DNA of 63,472 nucleotides, filler included, from Intoshia linei (GCA_001642005.1; 9 parts of 9 records of this genome joined end to end with filler, not necessarily neighbours in it); one strand, 5' to 3'; shown: positions 27,049 through 47,110, counted from the first letter of the whole stretch. Program-made: numbers and translations. Notes: a model not told the origin generated them from the letters alone.

Positions 27049-28393
27049 TCACAAATAAATCACAATTTTATTAAACAACATTTGATGTTTATTTAGATAA
27101 ACACCTATAAATGTATTGTTATCTATTAAATACACATTTTTATAATTTAAAAAACTTTGAGCTATTATTTCATTTGTGGCAGAATTGTAAATTTTTAAAT
27201 TATTGATGCATTGTGATTGACAGACTAATGCTAGAATTTTTTTATCTTTTGAAAAACAAACGTGTTTAATTTTTTCATTTAAAGGTATAAAGTGTTTTTC
27301 AAATGAGCTTTTTTTTTCGTTTTCTTGATTAAATGTGAAATATTCAATACGATTTTTGTGTACCATTACAAAATTTATTTCTAAATATAAAATTCTTTAC
27401 AGAAATATTAAAAAAATACAATTAAGTTGGAATAATTAACATTAAATTAAAATATGTGAAATGGTGGGTACATGGTAAAAAAAGTTTGGGAACCATTCCT
27501 TTAAATGATAAATAATATTAAAGGTAGAATTTTAAGTAAGATTTTATTGAATTTAAGTTTTTAGTAGAACTAAAAAAGTCCGTACTCGGCAGAGCTAAGA
27601 TGCTCTCTGTACGTCAAGCTAGTACTTAAATTTAAGTACAGTAAACTCTCTAAGAAAAATTTTAAATATTTACATAGTTTAGTAAATTTTCTGCACTAAT
27701 GTACTAACATTTTCAGTATACGCTGAACTAATGTTCGACTCTCTTTAAGGATAACTCAAAAACTGTTATTATATTATATATACAGAGTTTACTGTGTTAT
27801 AATTATTGATTGTACACATAATATTACTTTTATCATCATTAGATAACAATTCTACTAGTTTGAAATTTATTTCTTTTTTAAAATGAATTGTAGCAATTTT
27901 GTTGTATTCATATCTAAGTAATCGGTTAAAATAAGGCTTAATACAATTCTGATTAATAAACTGCACCGCAAAACTATGTGAAAACTTCAAACCATAAGTG
28001 GAAGACCTAATTATTGGATGATAGATGAATGAAAATCCATATCTGCCATAACTGATAAAATATGATTCTCCTACCGTAGCACATTTATTAGCTAATTTGA
28101 ATCTCAATGTCTAAAAGAATACAGTGTAGAAGTGTGAACGAATTTTTATATCAAAAGTGCACCCTTCCACCATATGAAAATTTTGAAAATATTTAATTTA
28201 CACCCAATCTTACCTCTCAACTGTTAAAAAAACCCTGGGGCATCGCCTCTAAAGTTTTGAACAATATATTGCTCATAGTAACTAATATATGACAATTTTT
28301 TATACAAATAGCTATAAAGATGCGCAAAATTATCGTCTTGCGAATCATGAACGCCGAATTGATAAAAAAACCGATTCCAATGAGAAAACTGAA
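27049..28393 (-). CDS. Unidentified gene or pseudogene, possibly beta-propeller-like
   Basis: ORFs 27769-28107 and 27049-27366 are both preceded by AG acceptors. IKHVCFSKDKKILALVC..NLKIYN resembles a WD40 blade. I could not build a fully consistent splice path. Confidence 0.4.
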
Positions 28394-28493
28394 NNNNNNN
28401 NNNNNNNNNNNNNNNNNNNNNNNNNNNNNNNNNNNNNTTAATTAATTAANNNNNNNNNNNNNNNNNNNNNNNNNNNNNNNNNNNNNNNNNNNN

Positions 28494-28834
28494 ATTGTTT
28501 TTTCTGAACTTTAAGAACCATCTTTGAGTTTTTCGTATGTTGATAGCGTTTTTGCCATGAACATTACATATATTTTCATTAGTTTCCGATACGGTATGCC
28601 CCATATGAAACTCATAAAGTAAAATATGTTTGATATGATCATCATAATCATCCAAATGTTTCTCTAAATACTAATTAAAAGTATGTTTTTCATCGGAAAT
28701 TACTCTTTCATCGAATACACATTTGTCCATACGTAAAAATAAAAAAATAACGCACTTACAGTAAATATTCGTAAAGATATAATGATTTATAATAAAGTTG
28801 CAATAAAAACGACATTACTTATGAAACGACCTAA
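28494..28834 (-). mobile_element. Mariner element: 5' TIR and transposase N-terminal HTH
   Basis: HIKHILLYEFHMGHTVSETNENICNVHGKNAINIRKTQRWFLKFR is a Mos1/SETMAR-type HTH. The TIR ends at 28834 and is followed by TA. Confidence 0.92.
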
Positions 28835-28970
28835 TATATACATAATATATTGATAGAATATATAATTGTATTGTTGTAAGGCACTGTAAAGGGATTTGTG
28901 TATAAATTTTAGGCTAACAAATTACTGTCAACACATTACAAATGTTTAAATCTTAACTTAAGGTAATGAG

Positions 28971-36841
<7,871 letters not shown>

Positions 36842-36879
36842 TTAAAAATTTTAATTTTAAGTTAACCAAGTATCTAAAA

Positions 36880-36891
36880 CCAATGGCGCAA
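36880..36891 (-). promoter_or_regulatory. Possible E2F-like site overlapping a CCAAT box upstream of MCM6
   Basis: CCAATGGCGCAA is a rare GC-rich word ~40-50 nt upstream of the MCM6 ATG. MCM genes are classical E2F targets. Confidence 0.35.
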
Positions 36892-36960
36892 TATTCAATA
36901 AATTAATTTAAATTCCATAGGTACAAATTGAAGTCACTATTGTGATAAATTATAATTGAT

Positions 36961-37791
36961 ACTGATATATTATCTATTACAATTCATCCGAATAAAATAA
37001 AATGTATCAAGAGTTATTAATCTTATTTCGTCCATTGATAATTGACCGTCACGTGCAAAAGTATTTTTCATATTTCAGGCTATATTTATGACTTCTATGG
37101 CTCCCAAAATTTTCAAATTTCAAATCGCTTTAGATCCAAATGGACATCTTTGTTAACTCTATTAGCTCAGTGACTAGTTGTTACTGACCACCAAACTACG
37201 ACCTTCAGTTTTCTTTTATAATTGCATTCCTGATTTTAATAAAACGTAGAAAATTGATATTATGTAATTAATGTGAAGATAAAATATCATACATAATTAA
37301 TTAGAACTACAGTCGGACCTCGGATTGGGCACCATTTTTTTGAAAGTGCCCCAAAATCAGGGGTTTAGTAAGTTATCTAATTTTTTATTGAATATTTAAA
37401 CTATTACAATACATTATGATATTATATTTGTTTCTATTAGAGTCAAACACTGTTAGGATGATATTTTCAGGTAAATACCTGATAATCAAAATTTAATAAA
37501 AATCTCAAATCAAAGTTATAAATATTTTTGTAATTATATACTTAATTTTTAGAATTATAGTTACTTTCTAATATAGAATAATAATTAATAATTTATCAGA
37601 TATTAAAATATATATATGAATAAAAAATTAATGAATTATGATAAATACATTTGCACGTGACGTCAATTATCAATGGACAAAATAATTTAATTTAATTAAT
37701 AAGCACATTTCATTTCATTCGGATGAATTGTAATAGAATCTAATATATATTTGTATATTATATATAACGAATAGAATTATAATATATCAGT
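36961..37791. repeat. Foldback element with ~115-155 nt inverted arms
   Basis: 36961-37075 (actgatatatta..ctattacaattcatccgaat..gtccattgataattgaccgtcacgtgcaaa) is mirrored at 37635-37791. Confidence 0.8.
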
Positions 37792-38395
37792 GTTGTAACA
37801 GTCAAGTTGCAGTTCACTTCAACCTGAACTGTAACTTCACTTTTATATTAGACCTGTTATCGCAGTTGTAATTCTTACTTATTAAACATTATTTGTTAGA
37901 TTCGGGACTTAAACCTACAAGCTTCGATTGAACTTCAACTTTAATTCCTCTATCTGTCATTGAACCACTACATATAAAAGTCAAGTGTGTTATTTAATTT
38001 TTCCACACAATGTTAATTGAAGCATTTTGCGCCAACAAATTATAAATATTATAAATTATTATTATATTATCAATACAAACCATAGTTAAAAATGCAGTGC
38101 AATGCAATGCAAAACAATGGACAACAATAGAATTATTTTAAGCTAAGTGAAAAAATACACCATATAGTTTTACTATAATTACTTCTGTACTACTGTACTA
38201 TACTTTTGTATTATAATAATATTTAATATTTAGTTGGTGATCCATCATGTGACGGTTGTTCTAATTCTTTAACAACTGGGTGTAAACATTGTGCTACCAA
38301 CACATTTAAATTTAATTAATTAATTTAACGGTTTAATTATTTATTATCCACAAATATTGTATGTATTATATTTTATAAACATATAATACCGTTAA

Positions 38396-38605
38396 CCCTT
38401 TCACTGTCTAATACTATTTTATAATGCATCACCACACGTCTGGAATTTTTGTTTTAATTTAAACATGTATTATTTACCTATGTGAAAATGTATGAAAATA
38501 AAAAAATAAAGTTTTTTAAAATTATGCTGTGTATATCATAGAATACACAGACGTGTGAAGTGAAATATGCTGCTTATAGTATAGAATACACAGACAGTGA
38601 AAGGG
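38396..38605. mobile_element. piggyBac MITE
   Basis: TTAA|CCCTTTCACTGTCT...AGACAGTGAAAGGG|TTAA: perfect 14-bp TIR, TTAA TSD and a subterminal direct repeat (atagaatacacagac twice). Confidence 0.93.
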
Positions 38606-39472
38606 TTAACAATATTAAATTGAGATTTATGAAAAGTGATTCCTGAGTAATATATTATAACAATAATAATAATACTAATATTAGTAGTCTGATGTTTTTA
38701 AAAATTTGACACTAACGAATGGTACTATTATGCTTAAAATTTTATTCCTTATCTTGTAGTACCCTGGATTTTCTGTTTTATAAAAATGTTAACATCTTAA
38801 TGTACAGTACGGCTATTCGATTTTTCTAATATAAAAATGACAAGTATAGAAAATGAGCGCCGCTTAAATTACTGCAGAATGATATTAATATTTTTAATTT
38901 TTATCCAAAAAAACCCTCGCTTCTTGAAGTTTAAAGTTTTTATTTTATGATTTTTCAGTTAGTTTATTGAAAATTTTCATAAACCGTTGTCGTGTTAATA
39001 AATTTACCAATTTTCAATTTATTTGAATTTATAAAACTTTTAAAAATGTTGAATATTAAAATGATTTTATCATTTGAAAGTTTACAAGAAATGTCCGAAA
39101 TATTTTTATATTTTATGTAATTAAACGGTATAATAATGACCATTGAAATTTGTGAAAGATCATTTTCGACATTAATTAATGTTAGTAAATTAACTATTAA
39201 AGTTGAAATATATATGTTAAAAAACTATAAACAAATTAAATTCATTATTTGTTTGTTAAATTCAATTTAATTTAAATTCGTACCAATTTTCTATGTAAAA
39301 ATGTACTTATAAGTAAAAAAATAGTTAAGCAAATATAAACAGTATCTACGGTAATAAAATATTGACATAAGATTATGACTAGGGCAATTTATTTATGACC
39401 AAAAATTCAAAAAAAATATGACATTTCCCAAAAATAATATGACTTTTTATGACAAATTCATTTATTATAGTA

Positions 39473-39817
39473 CAGCGGATCCTAAATGAAGATACTGGAA
39501 ATCCTAGGGACCCCAGAAAATATTTTAGAGTGCCAGCTCATCTGATATTATGACTTATAAATTATATATGTTTTTTTAAATCCCAAAAATAATTGAAAAT
39601 AAAAATTAATTTGTAATAATATACTAAGTTCCTTATATATTTACGTCTATTTAATAGCCTCTATATTTTTAAGATTGTATATTAAATACATTTACGCCCT
39701 TATTTCGTCAGTTCAATCATTCACGATTTTTTAGATATCTATTTTGAATCAAGTAGAGTTTTAACAATTTTTTTTTAGCTTAGGGTTACTAACTGTGAAG
39801 TATGTTGGGAACCGCTG
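39473..39817. mobile_element. Buster-type hAT MITE
   Basis: CAGCGGATCC...GGAACCGCTG with perfect TSD TTATAGTA. Confidence 0.85.
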
Positions 39818-41494
39818 TTATAGTACAATAGAATATATTTATAAACATTTGCTTTTAAAAAATTTCTTTCGTTGGATAATACATTCTTCAACAACGAAAA
39901 CGGATCTTTTAACACTTGATGATGAGGTTTGACTGTTCAATAGCTGCGCATAAGTTTTAGATGATTTGATTTTACACAGTATAATTGAAAATTGTTAATT
40001 TATATTATCGTTTTAGGTATATTCGTTAAAAGAATAAATATTTTTTTAAATTATGACTTTAATAATATTTATATTCGTATATTTTTATACAATAGTAATT
40101 AAAAAATATTTGAGTAGAAGTATTTAAAATATTTTGACCTAGTTGATATAAATTCATGTCTTTTTTTAAAAAGGATGAAAAGTTTGTCCGTGAACTGTGT
40201 CTAAAATAAACGATTTTATATTGATTTTTTTTAATTAATATTATTAGTGTCAAATGATCTATGTTATATATTAAAATTATAACAAATACATGGCAACTAC
40301 GGGAAGAAATGTTGCTATATTTTTTTTACTATGAAAAATGTTAGAAAAACAGTAAAAAGTAAAGACGCGGGGGGTTTTTTGTAACGAAAATAAATCAAAT
40401 TCATATCATTCTCAGCAAATTAAAAGGAGATAATTATCTATATATGTATTTTAAATTTCAAAAAAACATACAAATTAGAATAGCCCTAATGTACAATCTA
40501 CATTATCAAAAACGAGCCCGTATAACATGTCTATATGTTTGATGTAAAAAAGGACCCACGAAATGGAAAAGTTTGCCGACTCCCCATGTAAATCAATAAT
40601 ACATAATACAATGTAGTAATAATAATTAAATTATTTTTTAGTTCACCGTACGTATCCGTTGGTTTGTTTTACATTAGCCATGTCAAATTTAAGTGTGCAC
40701 CGCCACAGCTTATTACATGTATAATACACTTTGTCTATAACACAATGATCTCGATTAATATTATAACGTTTTCCAATGGTCGTCCCAGGAAAATATTTAT
40801 GATTTGGACCGTCACATTTATAATTATTATTCATCTCGAATTTCTATTGAAATATCACCGCATTAGAGACAAATCTGGGAATAAACCAAAAAACCTAAAA
40901 AACCTAAAAGAATCGTAGCTTTAACTACTATATAAATAAGGCCAAAACTCTCTGAAAAGTGAATATGTATACAGTAGGATGTGATTTTTCACACATTTAT
41001 GGTTCCTTATTGACGAATCTGACTGTATATCTAAATAATGTGTATATATTGTAGTAAACATTTTAAATTTAGAATGTAATTTAAATTAAAATAAACAGTA
41101 GAATTTGTATAATTAATAAAAAATTTAGCTTGTATGTTCAGATACATCTATGATATCCTTACTTATATAATCAAATTAATTAATTATAATCAGGATTTTG
41201 ACCTAAACTCCCGATTAAAAAATATAAGGTGCTTGTTTGAATTTAATATTGCTAGATAGTAATTTCAATATTAATTAAATATATAATAAATTAATATGTA
41301 TTTTATAAATACTAAAGATATAAACAATGTTTATAAAATAAAAATTTTTATTTATTATTNNNNNNNNNNNNNNNNNNNNNNNNNNNNNNNNNNNNNNNNN
41401 NNNTTAATTAATTAANNNNNNNNNNNNNNNNNNNNNNNNNNNNNNNNNNNNNNNNNNNNCAAATTTCGATTATTTTAAGGTTTTAGAATACTTT

Positions 41495-42086
41495 CTGTAA
41501 ATGTCCCAAACTTGGGGGCGCTGAAATATTTAAAGGGGCGCTGTAATTGTAGGTTATCTAATTAAAATAATTATCTCTTATTATTTTAAAAATATAGTTA
41601 ATTTTAATTTAATTTTTAATTCATATTATCAACCATTTTAATTAATTTTCGCATTTTAAATCAGGTAATTCAAATGCAACTAACTGTATATTTTATTTTA
41701 GATTATTTTTATATTTATTCAATATGAGCAATAAAAAAAATGTCGTAGATATTCAATTGATTACTTAAAATATGGTGTAATTGCCTCTGAAATCAATGAA
41801 CAGCTACCAATGTGTTTAATATGTGAAAAGACATTCTCGAATGAGGGAATGAAACTATCAAGAATGATTGATTATCTAAGAATCAAACACTTTAATAAAG
41901 TAAATATCAGTTATTTTCGTAAATTAAAAAATGAATACAAAAATCGCAAAACAATCAAATCTGTTTATAATCACGATAATATCAAAATAAAAAATGGGTT
42001 GATGACATCGTACAAAATATCAATATTAATTGGTAAATGCGGAAATCCACATACTATTGGAGAAAATAAAAGGTTGGGAAACATTG
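41495..42086 (+). mobile_element. Internally deleted Buster/Charlie hAT: BED-finger N-terminus joined to the right TIR
   Basis: RRYSIDYLKYG..PMCLICEKTFSNEGMK.SRM..YL..KH..SYKIS.LI.K.G.PHTIGE is a ZBED5/SCAND3-type N-terminus. It is followed directly by AGGTTGGGAAACATTG (right TIR) and atcTAgat. The left boundary is approximate. Confidence 0.85.
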
Positions 42087-44167
42087 ATCTAGATGATGTT
42101 ATAATAAGTTCTAAAACAATAGACCAACATAAAAAAGATTTTATAAAAGTTTTTGAAGCTATCAGAGCAGCTAAATTGACATTAAATCCAAAAAAATGTG
42201 TTATTGGAAGTAAATTTATTAAATTTTTAGGCCATATCATAGATCATAATGGGATCAGAGTGGACACTGAGAAAGTTGTTTCAATCCAATCGATAAAAAC
42301 GCCTAATACCGTTAAACGCCTTTGTAGATTTTTAGGAATTTGTAATTTTTATAGGCGCTTTATTAATGGTTTTACGGATTTAGCTGATCCTTTATATCAA
42401 GTTTTGAAAAAGGATGTTAAATTTTATTGGGGTGATTCTCAAGAATTAGCATTTACAAAATTAAAAAAATCTTTAACTGTAGCACCAGTTTTAACATTAC
42501 CAAAAGAAAATTGTGATTTTACCTTAGAATGCGATGCTTCGAATATAGGTGTAGGATCAGTGTTGATGCAAAATGGTCATGCAATTGAATATTTTAGTAA
42601 GAAATTAACGTCCACTGAACAAAATTATTCAACTACTCGAAACAAATTGTTAGCAATTTTGCTATCAATTCTTAAATTCAGACGCTATCTGTTAGGTAGA
42701 CATTTTACTGTATTTACTTATCACAATCCTTTAGTTCATCTTAGATTTTCTGATAAATCACCAAAAGAGTTATTAAGATGGATTATAAAACTTGAGGATT
42801 TTGATTACGATATTATCTATAAACCTGGTAAATTAAATAAAGTGGGAGATTTTTTATCACGTGATTCGTGTGAATTTTCAATAAAGCAGATTAATTTCAA
42901 TTCTATAAACGCGGTTGATATTCAAGATGATTAGCAATTTAGGAAAATATTAGAAACTTGAATAGTATCACAGAATAACATATATTATCCTATTAAGAAT
43001 ATTATTATTATTAAAGATGGTGTTATATATGTAATAAAAATGACCGTAATCTAATTTTGATATTTAGAAAATTTATTAAATCTGTTATTTTTTATTATCA
43101 CAACTCTCTCATTTTTGCTCATCCTGGTATTACTAAGTTATTCCATCTTATTAGGCATAAATATTTTTGGCCCAAAATGTATCAACATATAAAAGATTAT
43201 GTTATTGATTGTGTGGAATCTACTTGTAAATACAGAAATCATTTATATAACAAAAAATTGAAAATAGTTGAAACTACTTATCCCAATGAATTGTGGCAAG
43301 TAGATATTTTAGGACCATTTAATGAAACTTCGAAATTAAATAGATATCTATTAATTATGTGTGACCATTTTAGTGGTTGGTGTGAAGCGGAGCCAATGCA
43401 ATCAATTTCAGCAGACAATGTGTCACAAGCCTTGATTAAGCACGTTATATCTATATTTGGGCCCCCAACTTCTATTCATTTTGATGCGGCTAAACAGTTT
43501 GAAGGAGAGATTGTCTCAAAATTGTGTTCTACTTTTAATATTGATAAATTACATTCAAAACCTTATTGCCATAATGAAAATGGATTAGTAGAAAGATTTA
43601 ATAGGGTTATACGTGAAAAACTCCTTTAAATCTCGTATATAAACTGAATTACACAATTTCCCATCTAAGTAGCTATACCATAAATAAACTAAGTATTATT
43701 AAACAAGCTAAAGAATATATGAAAGACTACTATACTCGTGTATCGCAAAACTATTACAAAAATCAGACAGTTACCATCATAAGTACTCTGAAAAAAATAA
43801 TCCAATAACTACCAAAAAACAAAAAAGATATCGTAGAAAAATTCGCCGGCCAAACCGCTTTGACGATTACAATATGAACTTTGAGGGGAGGTGTAATGGT
43901 TCCCCTAATCACCATTAACAAAATAAATGAATATTACAACAAAAAGCAAGAATGCTACATCATACAAGGCATATCTTTGCTTCACACTCATGAAATAGGA
44001 CCCGTTCTATATTCCAATTATAACAGAATACACAATCTACAAAATAAGAAATACGACAAAAATGTTTCGCTTTTGAGCTGTGGAGCAAACAATACATGTA
44101 TTGAATGAAATTAAATACCAGATAAACAGAAAAGATTTATATAATATTAAATCGACTGTCAATAACA
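42087..44167 (+). mobile_element. Decayed Ty3/Gypsy retrotransposon: RT C-half, RNase H, integrase, PPT and 3' LTR
   Basis: LDDVII..LNPKKC..FLGH..FLGICNFYRRFI; ECDASNIGVGSVLMQ (RNase H); HPG, WQVDILGP and NGLVERFNR (integrase), in RT-RH-IN order. PPT gaggggagg ends at 43891, followed by TGTAAT... to a likely LTR end ...ATAACA at ~44167. Stops and frameshifts are present. Confidence 0.93.
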
Positions 44168-44292
44168 CAAGTACGATTTAAATTCATTCATTTAAATTAC
44201 TATAATAGATGCTACATTTGTTGAAATTCAAAAATTGATGCAGAGTAACCATTTTTGTATATAAAATAGATCAAAATAATGAAATCATTGAA

Positions 44293-44436
44293 ATGTTAAC
44301 AATTTATAATGTTAATAGAAACATTAAAAAAATAGAAAATAACACTGATGTCGATTTACTTATTTATCTTGAACTGACAATGGGTATTTTGTTAAAAACT
44401 CCTCTAGTGAAATCAGCTATATTCCTGGATCCTAGA
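44293..44436 (+). mobile_element. Possible hAT transposase fragment
   Basis: The ORF ends SAIFLDPR at the gap, resembling the hAT AxxLDPR motif. Confidence 0.4.
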
Positions 44437-44581
44437 NNNNNNNNNNNNNNNNNNNNNNNNNNNNNNNNNNNNNNNNNNNNTTAATTAATTAANNNNNNNN
44501 NNNNNNNNNNNNNNNNNNNNNNNNNNNNNNNNNNNNAATTAAATTAATTAGTATATTATATAACATACGAGTATATTAGTT

Positions 44582-47110
44582 ATGGGTTTTAACCGATTAG
44601 CCTCCTGTGTCACCGACAGTGGGCCAAAATCATTTTTCAAAGCAAAAAATGACACAAACAAGTATATTATTGAAACACAACACGGTAAATTCTGCGGAAA
44701 AGTTGTCGAAAATAAATTGTTAGAAGAACCAGTTGTAGGATTTTTTGGAATTCAATACGCTTCTTTGATTGATGGTGAATTAAATTTCATGCCGGGTACT
44801 TCAATATATACTCAATGGGATTCTATTAAAATGGTTACTTCTTTTGGCCCCGTTTGTATTCAAATTAATTCAACAAAATTGCGTTGTAATGATTCGATTC
44901 AAAGTTTAATTTTTCAAAATTATCACAAAATTACTAGGCCTTACCTTAATTTGCAAAAATTTGATTGTTTATATTTAAATGTTTATATTCCTTATTCCAG
45001 TAAGATTTGGTTTTGTTTTTTTAATTTTTAGCTTTTAGTAATATTACTTTACCAGTATTATTCATTATCGACGAAACTAATTTTAATGTTGGTAGTGGAA
45101 ACTATATTAAGCCAGAAATATTTTCAGATAGAAATCAAGTTATTGTTATTACAGTCAATTATCGATTGGGGATATTCGGTTAGTACATTATGTAAAATGT
45201 AAAATGTGAACTTTATTTTTAGGGTTTCTTGAACTGAGGAAATCTAGTTCAAACATTAATTTTGCTGCTTATAATATTTTGGGCAGTTTACATTGGATTC
45301 ATAATAATATTGCCAGTTTTAATGGTGATGTGGACAATGTTATTTTGGTGGCTACCGCAAGAGCTGCTGTAATAGTCAACCAAATAGAAAAATTACAGAA
45401 TCGTAACTTTCTGATTTTATTAACAGTTCCGAACTTACCGATACTCTCATCTACGAAATTTTTGTCCAAATGCAAAATTTTTTTAATTTGACCATTAAAA
45501 ATTGTATTTTAAATATCATAAATATTCTGTGTGTTAAATTTAAAATATCGGTAAGAGCCTTGAGAAAGTGGAATTAGGCTATATGACACGACACATATTA
45601 GTATAATATTATCATATAATAGTTTGCAAAAATTTTTTTAGGGGTCTATTTTTCAATTTCAGGGTTCGAACTGGGTAGGTTTGGCTCTTATTATCAACGC
45701 TAATTTGTTTGTTTTTTATAATTTAAAGTTTTAGCCAATTTAAAATTGGCTCCAAGGGTCCACAGAAAATTGTAAAAATTTATCAAACTATTTTTTTATA
45801 ATTGGCCAAAAAATTGTTCCTCCGCATNGACACGACACATATTAGTATAATATTATCATATAATAGTTTGCAAAAATTTTTTTAGGGGTCTATTTTTCAA
45901 TTTCAGGGTTCGAACTGGGTAGGTTTGGCTTTTATTATCAACGCTAATTTGTTTATTTTTTTATAATTTAAAGTTTTAGCCAAAATTGGCTCCAAGGGTC
46001 CACAGAAAATTTTAAAAATTTATCAAATTATTTTTTTGTAATTGGCCAAAAAATTGTTCCTCCGCATTTATTAACAAATTTCTATTTAAATCCAATCTTT
46101 TATACTAAAAATCAAAATTTAACAAACGTTAAGCCTTAAGGCTTAAGGTAACATTCCAATTTTACCAACCCTAAAAAGAAAAATCCAATTTTACCTAATT
46201 GCAGAGTATTCCATAAAAACTTATAATCAAAAAAAACAAAGTAAAGTTCTTAAATATAAGGAATATGGATAAACATGTTATAACCTTTTTAATACTTACT
46301 TAAACTGATGATGAAACAATGATGGGGTTTGTTAAAGTGGATTTTTAGTAACAATGGTTGGATTTAAAAATATTTTCTTTATTAAGTATTACTTACGAAT
46401 TGAGATTATTTGTTTACAAGTTTTAATTGATAATATTTTAATATCTTTGTTTGAGGTATTTTACGGGGAGAATTATCGTTACAATGTTTTTGGTGCACAA
46501 CAAAAAATAATGGATTTTCAATACAACAATTAAAAAACACATTTTCGATAATGACTACATAAATAGAATATTAAATATACATAAAGCAATAGATTCCAAA
46601 CTTTACAAAAAGATATGGCTAATAAACCCAAGATATGATAATGAATTTTCAAAATATAATAAAGAAATTTCATTGTTAGTTAAAGAATATATTTCATCAA
46701 GGCTAAATACATCAAAATGCCTTGAAAATACATCAATCATGAATTGTCTAAAGAAAATTTCCCTTAAAGATTCTTAGAAATTATCAAATAAAATCTCCTC
46801 TTATATATACCAAATAAAAGATAAACAATTGAACAATATAAATACTTTCAACACCCAAAAATTAAATGTAATATCAAAACCAACAATCTACATATTCCTT
46901 GAAAATTATATGCAAACAACAAAAATTGGCAATTTAGACAAATTTTCCAGAGAAATTCAAAATAATTTCAATAATATAAATTGGAAATTGTTAAAAATTT
47001 TAATTGCCTTTTTTTATAAATTGGAGAATTGGAGTAGCATGTATGCGGACTTTATATTTTACAAAACAATTGTAAATTTCCAACATGAACATCAAGAACC
47101 TGATAAATAT
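44582..47110 (+). CDS. Neuroligin-like / non-catalytic carboxylesterase-family protein (partial, possibly pseudogene)
   Basis: Exons 44582-44999, 45032-45178 and 45223-~45402 give IETQHGKFCG..FFGIQYA..PVCIQ..DCLYLNVYIP, LPVLFII..VITVNYRLGIFGFL and LHWIHNNIASFNGDVDNVILVATARAA (no GxSxG serine). Later, KCLENTSIMNCLKK (~46700-46760) is followed by an in-frame TAG at 46775. Confidence 0.78.
45585..46067. repeat. ~240-nt tandem duplication separated by a single N (probable assembly/haplotype overlap)
   Basis: 45585-45827 is repeated at 45829-46067 with a few substitutions and indels; n at 45828. Confidence 0.85.
46080..46372. mobile_element. MITE with long imperfect TIRs; second copy at ~32272-32535
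   Basis: ctatttaaatccaatc..tactaaaaatc..tttaacaaac is mirrored by gtttgttaaa.tggatttttagta..ggttggatttaaa. Shares internal sequence (tgcagagtat.ccataaaaact) with the MCM6-intron copy. Confidence 0.65.

Noticed and set aside
37896-37975. tRNA-like A box (TGTAGTGGTT) and B box (GGTTTAAGTCCC) on the minus strand
   Set aside because: No cloverleaf can be formed; at most a decayed SINE head.
39915-39965. Possible C/D snoRNA (TGATGA)
   Set aside because: No D box (CTGA) or terminal stem at a suitable distance.
45585-46067. Apparent recent tandem duplication
   Set aside because: The copies are separated by a single N, typical of unmerged overlapping contig or haplotype ends.
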